Below, in pieces: positions 50,253-62,126 of a stretch of 64,000 bases of DNA (position 1 is the stretch's first letter; the number at the start of each line of letters is the position of its first letter). The stretch lies in assembly GCA_964234715.1 (NCBI GenBank), contig OZ174276.1; one strand, 5' to 3'. Position numbers and translations under genes: made by a program. This DNA comes from Podarcis melisellensis. Taxonomy: Eukaryota. The notes under the pieces were generated by a model that worked only from the letters and a program-made list of their open reading frames with translations, ran no database searches and was not told where the DNA came from.

Positions 50253-50494
50253 CAGCGGTACCTTGGGTTACATACGTTTCAGGTTACATACACTTCAGGT
50301 TACAGACTCCGCTAACCCAGAAATAGTGCTTCAGGTTAAGAACTTTGCTCCAGGATGAGAACAGAAATCGTGCTCTGGCGGTGCGGCAGCAGCAGGAGGC
50401 CCCATTAGCTAAAGTGGTGCTTCAGGTTAAGAACAGTTTCAGGTTAAGAACGGACCTCCAGAACAAATTAAGTACTTAACCCAAGGTACCACTG
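50253..50494. mobile_element. Family A MITE
   Basis: TA-CAGCGGTACCTTGGG...CCAAGGTACCACTG-TA. Confidence 0.85.
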
Positions 50495-50983
50495 TATAGG
50501 TTTCTATCAACCTCCCCTTTATGGCAAACCACTTTCAATCCTATATACTTATCTCAGTTTTACCCACACGGCAGCCTTTCTATGATTCTATGATTCGAGG
50601 GCAGGTTAGGTTGAGACAATTAATGGAAGGTAACTCTGGTAACTGTGATCCAAACCCCACTTTCTTTGGAGTAAGCCCCACTGAATGCAGGCAGAAGAAT
50701 TGACATGTACAGGCACCAGCTCTCCAGGATTTCTGTTGGACATTCCCAGCTCTACTTCCTGTTCCTGGGAAGTGAACCTGGGACCTTCTGCATGCTGGAC
50801 AGAAACCATACCACCGAGATACTGCCTCTCTCCACAACCTCCACCTGTGGAAGTTGGTTTTGTTGTGTGAAGGGTTTTTATTTGACTCACCTTGTGTTTC
50901 TCTCTAGCTTTTTATTGGTATATTGCCTGCTGTCCTGAAGCGAAATATACTCTTTTGCTTACATTGCAGCCTTATTGTGTGTT

Positions 50984-51087
50984 AACAAAATAAAAAAAAT
51001 TCCTTCCAGTAGCACCTTAGAGACAAACTAAGTTAGTTATTAGTATGAGCTTTCGTGTGCATGCTGATACGCTGAAACAGAAGTCAC
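50984..51087 (-). mobile_element. Second Penelope-like pseudo-LTR fragment, hammerhead core deleted
   Basis: TCCTTCCAGTAGCACCTTAGAGACAAACTAAGTTAG...TATGAGCTTTCGTGTGCATGC then jumps to TGATAC; homologous to 27346-27425. Confidence 0.75.
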
Positions 51088-54000
51088 GCGGTGGATAATC
51101 CTACTGGCCAGATGGCGTGGCATGTATAAGGAGAGAGCTCTTGCTGCAGGACAGAGAGAATCTGTAGGTTGTCGCTTGTAAATCATTCATAGGGAATGCC
51201 GACTCCCAGACTGACTTTTAAGCAAACGATAAAGCCTGATAGAATGAATCAATTAAGACATCGAACCATGTTGCCTGGAGATATTGAGGCACCACCTGGA
51301 GAGCCCATGACTTTGGAGCAAAAAACCTGATCCATGTGTTCCAACTGCTAGGTGAAGAAGGCCACTGGAATGCTAAACGGCCATTCTGTGTGATAAGCTC
51401 TTTGTGGGTGCCTGTGCATCATGTATTTGGCAGTATTCATCAACCAACCTATCAAAGATGGACGGGTAAGGGCAGTTCAGGTGGTACCTGAGTAATGTAA
51501 GGGTCACAACAGTGTGTGCTGCTTTAGCACTTTTCTGGGAAGGTGGAAGATCTGACTTAATTTCCCATGTGCAGGGAATCCTTTTTTTTTTTTTAACGTG
51601 ATGGAGCATTTCATCATGCAGCTGTCCTACTGTATTCTGGAATAGTATAGTCCAGGAAGGACTGTATCATGTGCTATTAGTGCACATTTGAATTGGTACT
51701 AGGTGTGGATTCTGTTTTTGAACACTTGGGCTTTCTAAAAGAAGCCTAACTTAGCACTTTAGACAGCATGAAGACAAGACACAGTGAGAATGTTTATTTA
51801 CTGCTTCTCTCTCGATATAAAATTCTGATGGCTTTGTTTCACTGTGCAGTTTTTTAAAAAAAGAGGTAGAAAACAAAAACTGGCCATTTGCTTCCATCTT
51901 CTGTTGGGCATCACTAAGTGGTGAATAAACTTGTCTGATTTAGCTGCCTAGGTAGTTAATGTTACTTTACTCACCCGTTGCTTACTTGGAGAAGAACTTC
52001 AATGCACAGTCTAAGAGCTCAGTTGCTGTCAGCACATTTTGCAATGAGAAAGTACAAAAGAGACCTTTCTGCAAGGTGACTTCAGTATGGATTTGCTAGG
52101 TATTAAATCAAAGTCCCTCTGCCCTGAATTATATGGGTCAGTGGGCTGCTTTAGTAAAGGCTTGCCAATTTCTATAGCCTATTCTCACAAGGCTGTGATG
52201 TAGCCAGTGCTCCATCTGGCTGCCTCTGGCTTTTCCAGTCTGGTAGATAAAACGCCTTATTTGCATTGCTGTAAAGTGGTGTAACAGAACAATTGGCAGC
52301 CCATCTTCCAAATTCTTAGAAGTATTTTTAAACACCACATTCTAGTGACAGCCTTCTCTTGGAACGGAAAGCATGTGTGGCGCTGCTCAAGATCTTTTGT
52401 TTGCTGGCTGGTGGAAAGGGGAATTTTAAAATAGAAAAGGAATTTGGTTCATGTATTGCCTTTCTGATTTAAGATAGGAGGTTCTGTATTCTTGCAAGTG
52501 GAAACATTACAGTGCAGGAATGGGGAACCTCAGGCTTCAAGGGCAAAGGTGGCCCTCCAGGCCTCACTATGTGGCCCTTGGGACTTTTCCAAGGCCATAC
52601 CCCCTTTTTCTGGCCCACAACACTCACTGGTCATGCTCTGCCACCTCCTCAAGTTCCTTGAACTGTGATAATGCCTCTTTCTTGCCTGAGTGGATAATAT
52701 AATGTGTGCGTATGGAAGTAAGAGAGAGAAACTCTGATTTTTGTCTTGCTGGAGTGTACCCTGCTGTGCAGAGGTGTCACATCTGTTGTTCTTACCCACT
52801 TTTTGCCCCTGGCCCTGCCTATCCCTGGCATGCGGCCCCCAGAAGATTGCGCACCCACTAACATGGCCCTCAGGCTGGAAAATAGTCGCTAACCTTGCCA
52901 TGTATCGTGCTAAGAAAGACATTGCTTAGTTCTTGGATGACTTTGTGGGTCAACTGTATATTTTTTTCAGGCCCTTTAACATTTTTACATGGGCACACTT
53001 CTTTTTTGCCTTTCACATGTCAATACATTGCTGTTTCTAATTAAAATGCAGTTTGTTTATTTACATCATTCATAATCCGCTCTTCATTTTTGACACAATC
53101 CCAGAGCGGGGAGCAACATTAGAATGCAATAAAACAACAGATACAGCTGAAAGAAAAAAGCAGACAGTACAGTAGCGCACAGGTGCCTCCATCTAGCCAA
53201 GGGGCATCGCTTCATGATGACAAGCAGGTCTTTGCAAAAGCACAGCAGTTGCACCTGCCAAAGAGGCAGGATTTGGCCTCAGCTTCTTGCCCTGTCTACA
53301 CCCTGGTGGCAAATGTGTGTTCACCGCTATGTAGTGTCATGGGTGAAGCAGGTTGTATTCCGAGATACTCTCTTTTCATCTCTGCATCAGGGATGGTGGC
53401 CTTCCAGATCTTCTTGGGTTCCCATCATTCCTGATCATTGGCCATGCTGGCTAGGGGTGATGGGGAAGGTGAGAGTCCAGCAGCACCTGGAGAGCCAATT
53501 GTCCTCCAGCTCTTCTTTTACGAACTAAAGTTTTTAGTACTGCGTTTTAATGTAACCTGCCTTGGGACCTTAGGGACCGGTGAATAAAAACAATGAAACC
53601 GAAACATGGTTAATTTCAATGGGACCTGAACAGACACAAGCACATTCTGCAGATCTGGTTGGCAGATCAAATTATTATTTTGAATGTTCTTACCAGCTCC
53701 GTTCCATACCAGAAGCTCTCATTGTCCTTTCCGTCGCTTTGTGGAGAGTGCTAAAGGCTAGTGTGTTCAGAAAATGGAGAGGCGGCTTTTTTACACAAAC
53801 AAAGGAGCTGCACTTGATACAGAGCTGTAATTTTGTCTGAATAATTAAGGCCCTGTGAAGCTGAGCGTTTAAAGTTATCCAAGCAGAGGAAACCCCCTTG
53901 GAAACAGTGTGTTTAAGAACCTTTTAGTGTAATAAGCTGATTGTCAGGATCCATCCTTTGGGCTCTGGGGACCTGACACCTGATCCAGCCGTCTCCAGTC

Positions 54001-54901
54001 ATTGCCCGACTCTTGGGAGGGTGAATGACAAGCAGCTATGAGATTGTTTTACAGGCTTGGAGTTCAGGGAGTAATATATACACCGGCAGGACTCTCTGGC
54101 TCTTTGTGAAGCTGAACTACTAGGGCTAGATTTCAGACAGGAGGGACTTGTTGTCTTGCAAGTAACCCCTCCGTTTCTTATCAGGAGTCCATCGGAAAGC
54201 AGGGACAGCTGTCCTGAATTTTGATTGCCTCAGTGACCATATCAGGGACTTGTTTATGAGGTCAGTAAAATGCATCCAAGCCAAACATGACAGTTAAATC
54301 AAAGCTTAAGACCCCTGCAGGGAGTGACAACATGGCCTAGAAATGCTGACCTTTGCCATGGCGCACTGAAGCTTTTGGAGCAGGTACTTAAGAGTACTGT
54401 GTCTCAATTAGATGGGCCTGAAGCACGGCCACCCTCCATCCCCAAAAGCTGAGGCAGGTGCATAAAAGCCGTACTGAAACATGACAAAACTGCAGAAGTA
54501 GAATTGGGACTCTAGCCTGGGTTGGTGGCATAGATATTCCTCAGCTATTCCTTCTGGAGTTAAGCTAGCCAGTGGCATGCTTCATTCATTGCCTGCCTGA
54601 CCTGCACTTGTGGCCTATAAATCTTTAGAGAGAAGTTACTTCTAGAAGCAAGCGATTGCTCAACCCAGCTTTCTACGCCAGTTATATATCAACAGTATTC
54701 TTTTTTCATCTCTTGGGGGCTGCTCACCTCTACACAGTTCCATCTATATTTCAGACATTGTGATACGTTGATATATCACGATGTTTCGCTGGTGGGATTA
54801 AGGGCACTGCTACTCACTCCTGCTCCCTTGGGCATAACAGTTATTTTAATATTCTCTCATGTAACTTTCTGGCTTGTATATGATGCTTGCCATGCAGTGG
54901 C

Positions 54902-55030
54902 NNNNNNNNNNNNNNNNNNNNNNNNNNNNNNNNNNNNNNNNNNNNNNNNNNNNNNNNNNNNNNNNNNNNNNNNNNNNNNNNNNNNNNNNNNNNNNNNNNN
55001 NNNNNNNNNNNNNNNNNNNNNNNNNNNNNN
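54902..55030. other. Assembly gap (129 N)
   Basis: Run of N. Confidence 1.
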
Positions 55031-55164
55031 TTGTGTTGAAACTTTTAACACCATTGCTGGTTACTCCTTACAAAAGCTGGTGGTATGTCGGCATGGAAGC
55101 TTTCCACCGAATGGTGGTATTTGTTTGTTTATTTCATAACATTTATGTACCACTTGATTGTAGT

Positions 55165-55587
55165 TGTTGTTGTTTAGTCGTGTCCGACTCTTCGTGACCC
55201 CATGGACCAGAGAACGCCAGGCACCTCTGTCCTCCACTGGCTCCCGCAGTTTGGTCAAACTCATGCTGGTAACCTCGAAAACACTATCCAACCATCTCGT
55301 CCTCTGCCGCCCCCTTCTCCTTGTGCCCTCCATCTTTCCCAACATCAGGGTCTTTTCCAGGGAGTCTTCTCTTCTCATGAGGTGGCCAAGTATTGGAGCC
55401 TCAGCTTCACGATCTGTCCTTCCAGTGAGCACTCAGGGCTGATTTCCTTCAGAATGGAGAGGTTTGATCTTCTTGCAGTCCATGGGACTCTCAAGAGTCT
55501 CCTCCAGCACCATAATTCAAAAGCATCATTTCTTCGGCGATCAGCCTTCTTTATGGTCCAGCTCTCACTTCTATACATCACTACTGG
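55165..55587 (-). mobile_element. BovB (RTE) LINE, 5'-truncated 3' end
   Basis: ESWTIKKADRRRNDAFELWCWRRLLRVPWTARRSN and LEKTLMLGKMEGTRRRGRQRTRWLD; (CAA)n tail; TSD TGATTGTAGT at 55155-55164 and 55588-55597. Confidence 0.92.
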
Positions 55588-58500
55588 TGATTGTAGTAAA
55601 TAACATCAAAGTGGCTTACAGACATTCCAGATGCCAACCTCATCTTGCCCATAATGACCATGGCATGGAGTAGCCAACATACCAAGGCTGTTGCGATGAG
55701 AGACACGTCTAGCGCAGGCCTCAGATAAGAAGAGTTTTCGGTGTGCGGTCAAAGGAAGCTGTTACAGAGGCTTAAATGTTAAGGAGCTTGCATTGTTTCA
55801 TACCAACAAAGCTCTCTCTGTGTGTATCTATTTGGCTGCTTCTGCTCTTGCTTTTGGGCGACGTCTGTAGTACAACAAAGGACAGGTGTCAATGCAGCAA
55901 CTGGGGGAGATCTGGAGAGTTGGGAGTGCCATGAAATAATGCTCAGAACAAGAACGCCTGAGGAGCAGCTAGGCAGGAGGTCAGGATGGCCTTACTTGGG
56001 AACCCTATAAGGCTACGACCTTCTGGGATTTGTTTTAGTCATATACCAAATGTAGCACCTATTTCCTCAAACCCAGTGAATGGGAAACGAAAACAGCTAC
56101 TTGAAGTCTCCTTAACATAAAGATTACGTCCAGAGAATGAAAGATTGATAGCCACAGGCTCAGATTTCCTGTCAGGAGGACAGAGTGACTTGACATACTC
56201 AGGAGGGCATTCATTTCAGGGTTCATGCATTATTGATCCAGCTGGTGATGGGACATGAGATGATGGAGGAAAAGATGCTCATACTAAAACTTGGTCCACT
56301 CTTCTCCTGGTGTGGGGTGCGTGTGAAAATATGATGCGATCACAGTTGTAAACAGTGAATTGGTGTAGCAGGAGTAGACTCAGGCAAATATGTCATAAAT
56401 GTCAGGATATATTCATGCCCAGTTCAGATTACAACAGGCAGGTGTGTTGAAATACATAATGAGGAAAAAACAGTCAATGGCAGAATATGCCAAATGAAAA
56501 TAATTGCGTCCTCTTCACATCTTTGATTTAAATAAAGGTTCTCATTTGGAAATTCATGTTGTTATCATTAATTTATCTATCACTTACATGCCAGAGTGAC
56601 TTGTAAGCAGTTTCCAGCTATGAAATCAATTATAAAATACATACATAATTAAAATACACAACAAAACAACAATCATGTCCTTCCTGAACAGGCATATGTA
56701 GTAACTGGTTGCTATAACAATGGAAACATATCAGTTAGCAACTAAATAAAGCCTTTACAGGAAATCAACCGGTGAGCATGATCCAAACTCTTGGTCATTC
56801 AGTTCATGTGCAACTGCTGAATTCTATCTCCTTACAGATGGTGGACTTTTTTTGTTTGCTTAGTGCTATCTGTTCACCTGCAAGGAAACTAAGGCTGCAC
56901 AATTCCTTTCAAGCTAAAGAACAACACCAAGGATAAGGGCAGGAAATGCCCCCTGGCACCATAGGGGCATCAGGTTATTTCTGCTCCTGACAGAAGACTT
57001 GAATGTGATTTTTATTGTAATAAACTTTTGCAAGTCTCTTTGGGAAATACAGTGGTAGCTACGCCAGTGTCACCCAGATATGTTGAACTCCAACTTCTAT
57101 CAGCCCTAGCCAGCATGGCCAATGGGCAGGGATGATGGGAGTTGCAGTCTAGCTGGAAGACATGAGCAGGATTTAAGTATTCTATGTAAGTAAGTAAGTA
57201 AAAAAATATATAGTCGTCTGCTTCCTGTTCTGTTTTTGATCTTCTACTCCCAGTCTTACAGATATCTATTCTGATCCACAGTAGTTCCTGGGGGGGGGGG
57301 GGACTTTTTAACTGCTTGCATATCTTGGGATCTTGGAAGCAGAGTAAATAATTTTCCTTGGGCCACATCTGTGCTAAAACAGAGGGTTTTGATGTCCTGT
57401 GATATGGAATAGATATGGCCTCTGGTGGTGGCTGGAGTTGATGAACCTGAGCCGTGCTGAGTGACGGCTCCTGCAGCCTTTCAAAGTTCCTCTGTATTAA
57501 TAAGAGGAATTGTCATGGCTTCCTTTTGTAAAGCAACTCAAAAGGGTATCTTTGGAACGTTCACTCTCCACCTTTACAGCTGGCATTGTGTGTTAAGGTT
57601 CTCTGTTACTAAGTCTGATTAAAACTCTCCAGATTACAAAGGACGCTTGTAATGAGCATTGGCAGCACAACACTGGGAAGCTTGGATCTAGTCAGGACCA
57701 AATAATTAATCCCTGTTTAATGCTGTGCTAGTTATCTTGCAGGCTGAGCAGTATCTTCCTTAGAAATAGGCATCTGATATGAGTGTACAAATCTACAGAA
57801 CATACTAGAGAAGTAAGCTGCTAAGGTCACAGTTCTGGGCATTACATTTGACATTTGCCTGTAGGGCAAATATTTTAAGTTGTTGCATGTAGGTTTAGGG
57901 TTTGGGGATTTGGGGGGGGTGGTCCCAGAAGGAAAATCATTCCATGTTACTATCATGTTGTAGGGTCCTGTGAAAAGATAAAGTCTGTCTCCTGAAAACA
58001 AAGAGAGGAACTGCATCCTTAAAAGCAGTGGGAGGCAGAGGGATGAGGAATTTCTTGAAAGGTGATGCTCCCAACCTTTGCTGGAAAATGTTTCGCTTGG
58101 TTGAGGCAGCACTCCTCTTAAAACTCACCCCCACCAGCAATATATTCACACACACAATGATGTCCCTAGGGCCACTGAATGGCTAATTCTACTCAAGCAC
58201 ACTAGCAGTTGCGGCTTGCGTATGTACTATTGCTGCAGCATTGCAGAGAGAAATACAAAAGACGGAGCAGGGAAAGGATGAGGGAAACCAAGGACTCACC
58301 AGCTGCAAAGTGCCTACTACTACAACAGTATGGGCTGCTGAGCTTGGGTTTTTTTTTGGGGGGGGGGTGGAAAGAAGCAGGTTCACTCTTGGTCTGTCCA
58401 GGTGTAAGAGACCAACGTCTTAGGAAAGTGGAGACTTACTACAGGCTTGTGTGAAGCACAACTTCTCCAGCTCTGTTTCCAGCAAATTGGGTCCAAGAGC

Positions 58501-58643
58501 ATTATACCTGAGGAATAAGGAAAACCGTGTCAGCTGTAGAGGCCAGTGGTGCTTCAACTCTCAGCCAATGTGTCTTGAGTCACACCCAAAAGGGAGAGGT
58601 GTATAGGAAGCTGCCTTGCACAAGTCAGACACTTGGTCTACAC

Positions 58644-58770
58644 CGGGGTTTCCCAAACTTGGGTCTCCAGCGGTTTTTGGACTACAACTCCCATCATCCC
58701 TAGCTTGCAGGACCGGATGATGGGAATTGTAGTCCAAAAACAGCTGGAGACCCAAGTTTGGGAAACCCTG
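58644..58770. mobile_element. Short hAT MITE, same core
   Basis: GGGTTTCCCAAACTTGGGTCTCCAGC / GCTGGAGACCCAAGTTTGGGAAACCC; TSD GTCTACAC/ATCTACAC. Confidence 0.88.
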
Positions 58771-60649
58771 ATCTACACAGACTATAGCTCTCCAGGCTTT
58801 CAGGCAGGCAGGGGTCTTTCCACAGTCCTCCTTGGAGATGATGACCTTTTACATGCCAAGCATGTGCTCTTCCACTGAGCTATGGCCCTTCTCAAACAGC
58901 ATTGGAGCGAGTTAATTGTGGGCTGTGACTATGAGAGAGAACCAGAAGAAGCTGTGTATGATAAAGTAAACCAGTGTGTGTTCACTTACGCACACAGCCA
59001 GAAGGGGGAAGTCCAGCTGTTAGAAGCAAGCAGTGACGATGCCTTTTAAGGTATTGTCACACACAGGCTTACATAGTCTTTCCTTTGCATCAGGCTGTAT
59101 GAGTAATGAAAAATCTGCACTGGTAAAAGTGTATATTGGATTACTTTGCTGCTTTGTGTGGTGAAATGCTTGTTTAGGGGTGCATTGCATGGCCAGTAAG
59201 ATCAGCAAGGGTACATAGAAGGAGATCATCATGTAGGGACTTAGCATGAGCTAGCAAGGGTAGCCAATGTGGTGCCCTCCAAATGTTAGGAGACAACCCC
59301 TATATTCCCTGCCCAATAGCCATGCTGGCTGGGGCTGATAGGATTTGAAGTTCAGCAGCATTTGGAGGGCACCATGTTGGCTTTCCCTGAGTTAGTTTCA
59401 TAGGTTAAAATGAATACTAGCGTATTGCATTAGTATTTAGGAGGCAATTGAGAGCCACCTTTAGATCCTGGAGCAATTTACTCCTCAGGAGGTGCCTCAT
59501 CCAAAAGAACTCCTCTGCAATCTGTACCATTTGTAGCCCCAGGTACATTCTAAGATCAGCGCTGCTGATCAGCGCTGTACGTTTATCTGTCTTGTATTGG
59601 CTAAACATCACACAAGTTAATCTGTACCAAGGGTTTGCAGCCTTCTTTCCCAGCTGCTGCCATAACTGGAAGATTCAGCCAGGACAGGCTGTGACTGGCG
59701 AGATCAGAGTGAACAAGTACCATCAGTGAGACATCATTTCCCAAGACTTGCCTGGGCAGAGCCTGCAAACTGACATTACTTTGGTTTTGTTTGGATTTTG
59801 CATCAGTTGCCAATACATCCAGGTACCATATAATCATGGAAGGCTACAAGATCAGCGTCAACTTCTCCAAAGTGGTCCCATCCCACAAAAAGTTGCCTAT
59901 GTTGTATTTGACTCCTGAAAAATCTAATTAAGAGGTAGGGAACCTTTTTGGCTTCAAGGGTCAGATAGCCACAGCCAATGTAGAATCGAACCCTGCCCTC
60001 CTGTCCATCAGCTGACGGACAGGTGGGCATGGTTTGGAGAAAATGGCCTTGCAGGCCAGATTGGACTCCAGTGGGCCAGAGGTTCCCCAGCTCTAATCTA
60101 ATAGGATCAACAGGTTTCAGTTCCACCATGCTGATCTTGAAGCATAGATGGTGAATCATGGTAACAAATGCAGTAGCCTGATGCAGAAATACACCTTGGT
60201 TTTGAAATCACGACAACTTCAAGAAAGCACATGCTAATGAGATTCCCTCTTAACCAGGGTTTGCCAACCTGAGTCAAATGCTGATTATGATGCAAATGTG
60301 GTAGGCTTTAGCCAAATTTGGTGCAGATATAGCACTAAACCGCAGTTAAGTTTGATTAGGGAAGGGAATGGAGGGGCAATGCATGCTGGAGAGGAGTAGA
60401 GGGAGGGTGCATTTCTGAAGCCGCTGCTGATTTGTACACCATGGTTAGCAGAGAACCAGCATTATGGGTCCAGTACACAAGTTGCGGTAAACCAAAGTAT
60501 AACTTACTGGCACAGTGTTGGTTCCTAAAGAGGTTCTCACGCCCACTGTGCTTCCTCCTTTTTTAACTGTGCAAAACTGCAGCTAAGTCAAACTGGGGTT
60601 CATGCTTAAGGTCTCTTCTCCTTAGTCATGACCAAATCTTTGGGTTAAG

Positions 60650-60876
60650 GAAGAAGAAGAGTTTGGATTTGATATCCCGCTTTATCACTACCCGAAGGAG
60701 TCTCAAAGCGGCTAACATTCTCCTTTCCCTTCCTCCCCCACAACAAACACTCTGTGAGGTGAGTGAGGCTGAGAGCCCAAGGTCACCCAGCAGCTGCATG
60801 TGAAGGAGTGGGGAAGCGAACCCGGTTCCCCAGATTACAAGTCCACCACTCTTAACCACTACACCACCCTGGCTCT
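60650..60876 (-). mobile_element. Same SINE family
   Basis: GAAGAAGAAGAGTTTGGATTTGATATCCCG...ACCACTACACCACCCTGGCTC. Confidence 0.85.
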
Positions 60877-61499
60877 CAGGAGGGGAGACCTGTGCGACCC
60901 TTGGCTTGGAGGATACACAAGTCAGACCTTGGCTTAGTAGCTGCGCCACTCTGAGCTAAAAATTCTGGGAAGGAGTGAAGTGAGCATGATTGCATATTTG
61001 GGAGCCTCCATGCTAAGTTGTAGTTTGGCTTAGCGGTATGTGAAAATTTGGCCTCCTCCAGGTCAGAGAATCAGATGTTTTCCAGGGCTGCCTTGTTTAT
61101 TCAATTATTTCAATTGTTCTAATTACACAGTGAAGCTAATGAGCCTTTAATTCCTACTTAGCTAGTTTATCTTTTACTATCACTTGTTCTCACAGGGAAA
61201 TGCATGGCCTGTAAAATGCAATTCCTGCCAGCCAGCTCACCTAGAGCTGTTGTATCCATGTTTGGTGAGCAGGATGAAAGGGTTTGGCAGATGACATCAT
61301 CTTCAACCAAAGTAACTCAAATCCTTCCTGCCGTCCATAAAGGTGACATTATCTGTTGTTGTCAGCAATACACAACCCAACAGGTTTTTCATTTGGCAAG
61401 CATCTGCGGCCTCGCCGAGAACTTTGCTGGCTTCTCTTCTCTCAGGTTCATAGCATATTATCCTTCAAGGGTCGACATAGGACAGGCAGAGGGCGAATG

Positions 61500-62029
61500 C
61501 CAGAGCAGCTCCAGTTCCGATTCCTATAAATGTCTGGCTGGCTGTTTGCTTGGCAGCTCACTGGTTGGGGGGGGGGGTGTCACATGTTTCTGGTTGGGGC
61601 ATCTAAAGCAAAACATCGTCACTGCAAGAGCAAAAACAGTGCTGCTTCTGCCCATCATCACCACTAATCCCAGCAGGCTCCTTTCCCTCTGCCCTGTGTA
61701 TACATCAGGATGCACTGTATATTTAATAAACTGTCACCTGAGCCCACCCTGCCTTTGCAAGCCAAACTATCTGCTAAATTTGGGATATTATGTTCGCCCA
61801 AGCCAAGTATCAAGTTCTTTCGATCACATGCGCTCCCTCCCAGCCGGTATTTAACTCTGAAACTTCTTTGAGAGTTAATACTTCACCACACAGTCGATCA
61901 GAGCAACTGAAATCTATCTTCTTCTTTTTGAAAAAAACTGTACTAGTTCTTTCTCCTTTTTCTTTTTCCTTTACCTTGTTTTGAAGAGTGGAATAAAGTT
62001 TGGGTTTCCCTTTTCAGATCCTGATCAAT
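61500..62029 (+). promoter_or_regulatory. TWF2: Candidate internal (muscle-type) TWF2 promoter and 5'UTR
   Basis: No recognisable repeats; CArG-like CCTATAAATG 61523-61532 and CTAAATTTGG 61774-61783; E-box CACCTG 61735-61740; TATA-like TATTTAA 61848-61854; no ATG between 61855 and 62029. Confidence 0.45.
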
Positions 62030-62048
62030 ATGTTTCTGATTCTTTTAG
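62030..62048 (+). CDS. TWF2: Putative alternative N-terminus of a TWF2b-type isoform (MFLILL-ATTELK...)
   Basis: In-frame ATG at 62030 with A at -3, running directly into exon 2; resembles the recalled mouse twinfilin-2b N-terminus. Confidence 0.65.
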
Positions 62049-62126
62049 CCACAACAGAATTAAAGGATTTTTTTGCCAAGGCCCGGAACGGTTCGGTTCG
62101 CCTCATCAAAATCGTCATCGAGGATG
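62049..62126 (+). CDS. TWF2: TWF2 exon 2 (78 nt): ATTELKDFFAKARNGSVRLIKIVIED; the gene continues beyond the window
   Basis: ttttag|CC...GATG|gtaag; start of ADF-H domain; phase 1 matches exon 1. Confidence 0.95.

Noticed and set aside
59417-59837. Overlapping ORFs and the quasi-palindrome GATCAGCGCTGCTGATCAGCGCTG
   Set aside because: Short local duplication; no coding signature or splice-consistent frame.
61204-61854. Longest ORF in the track (216 aa)
   Set aside because: No recognisable domain, Cys/Ser-rich random composition, and it runs through a poly-G tract. Better explained as regulatory DNA.
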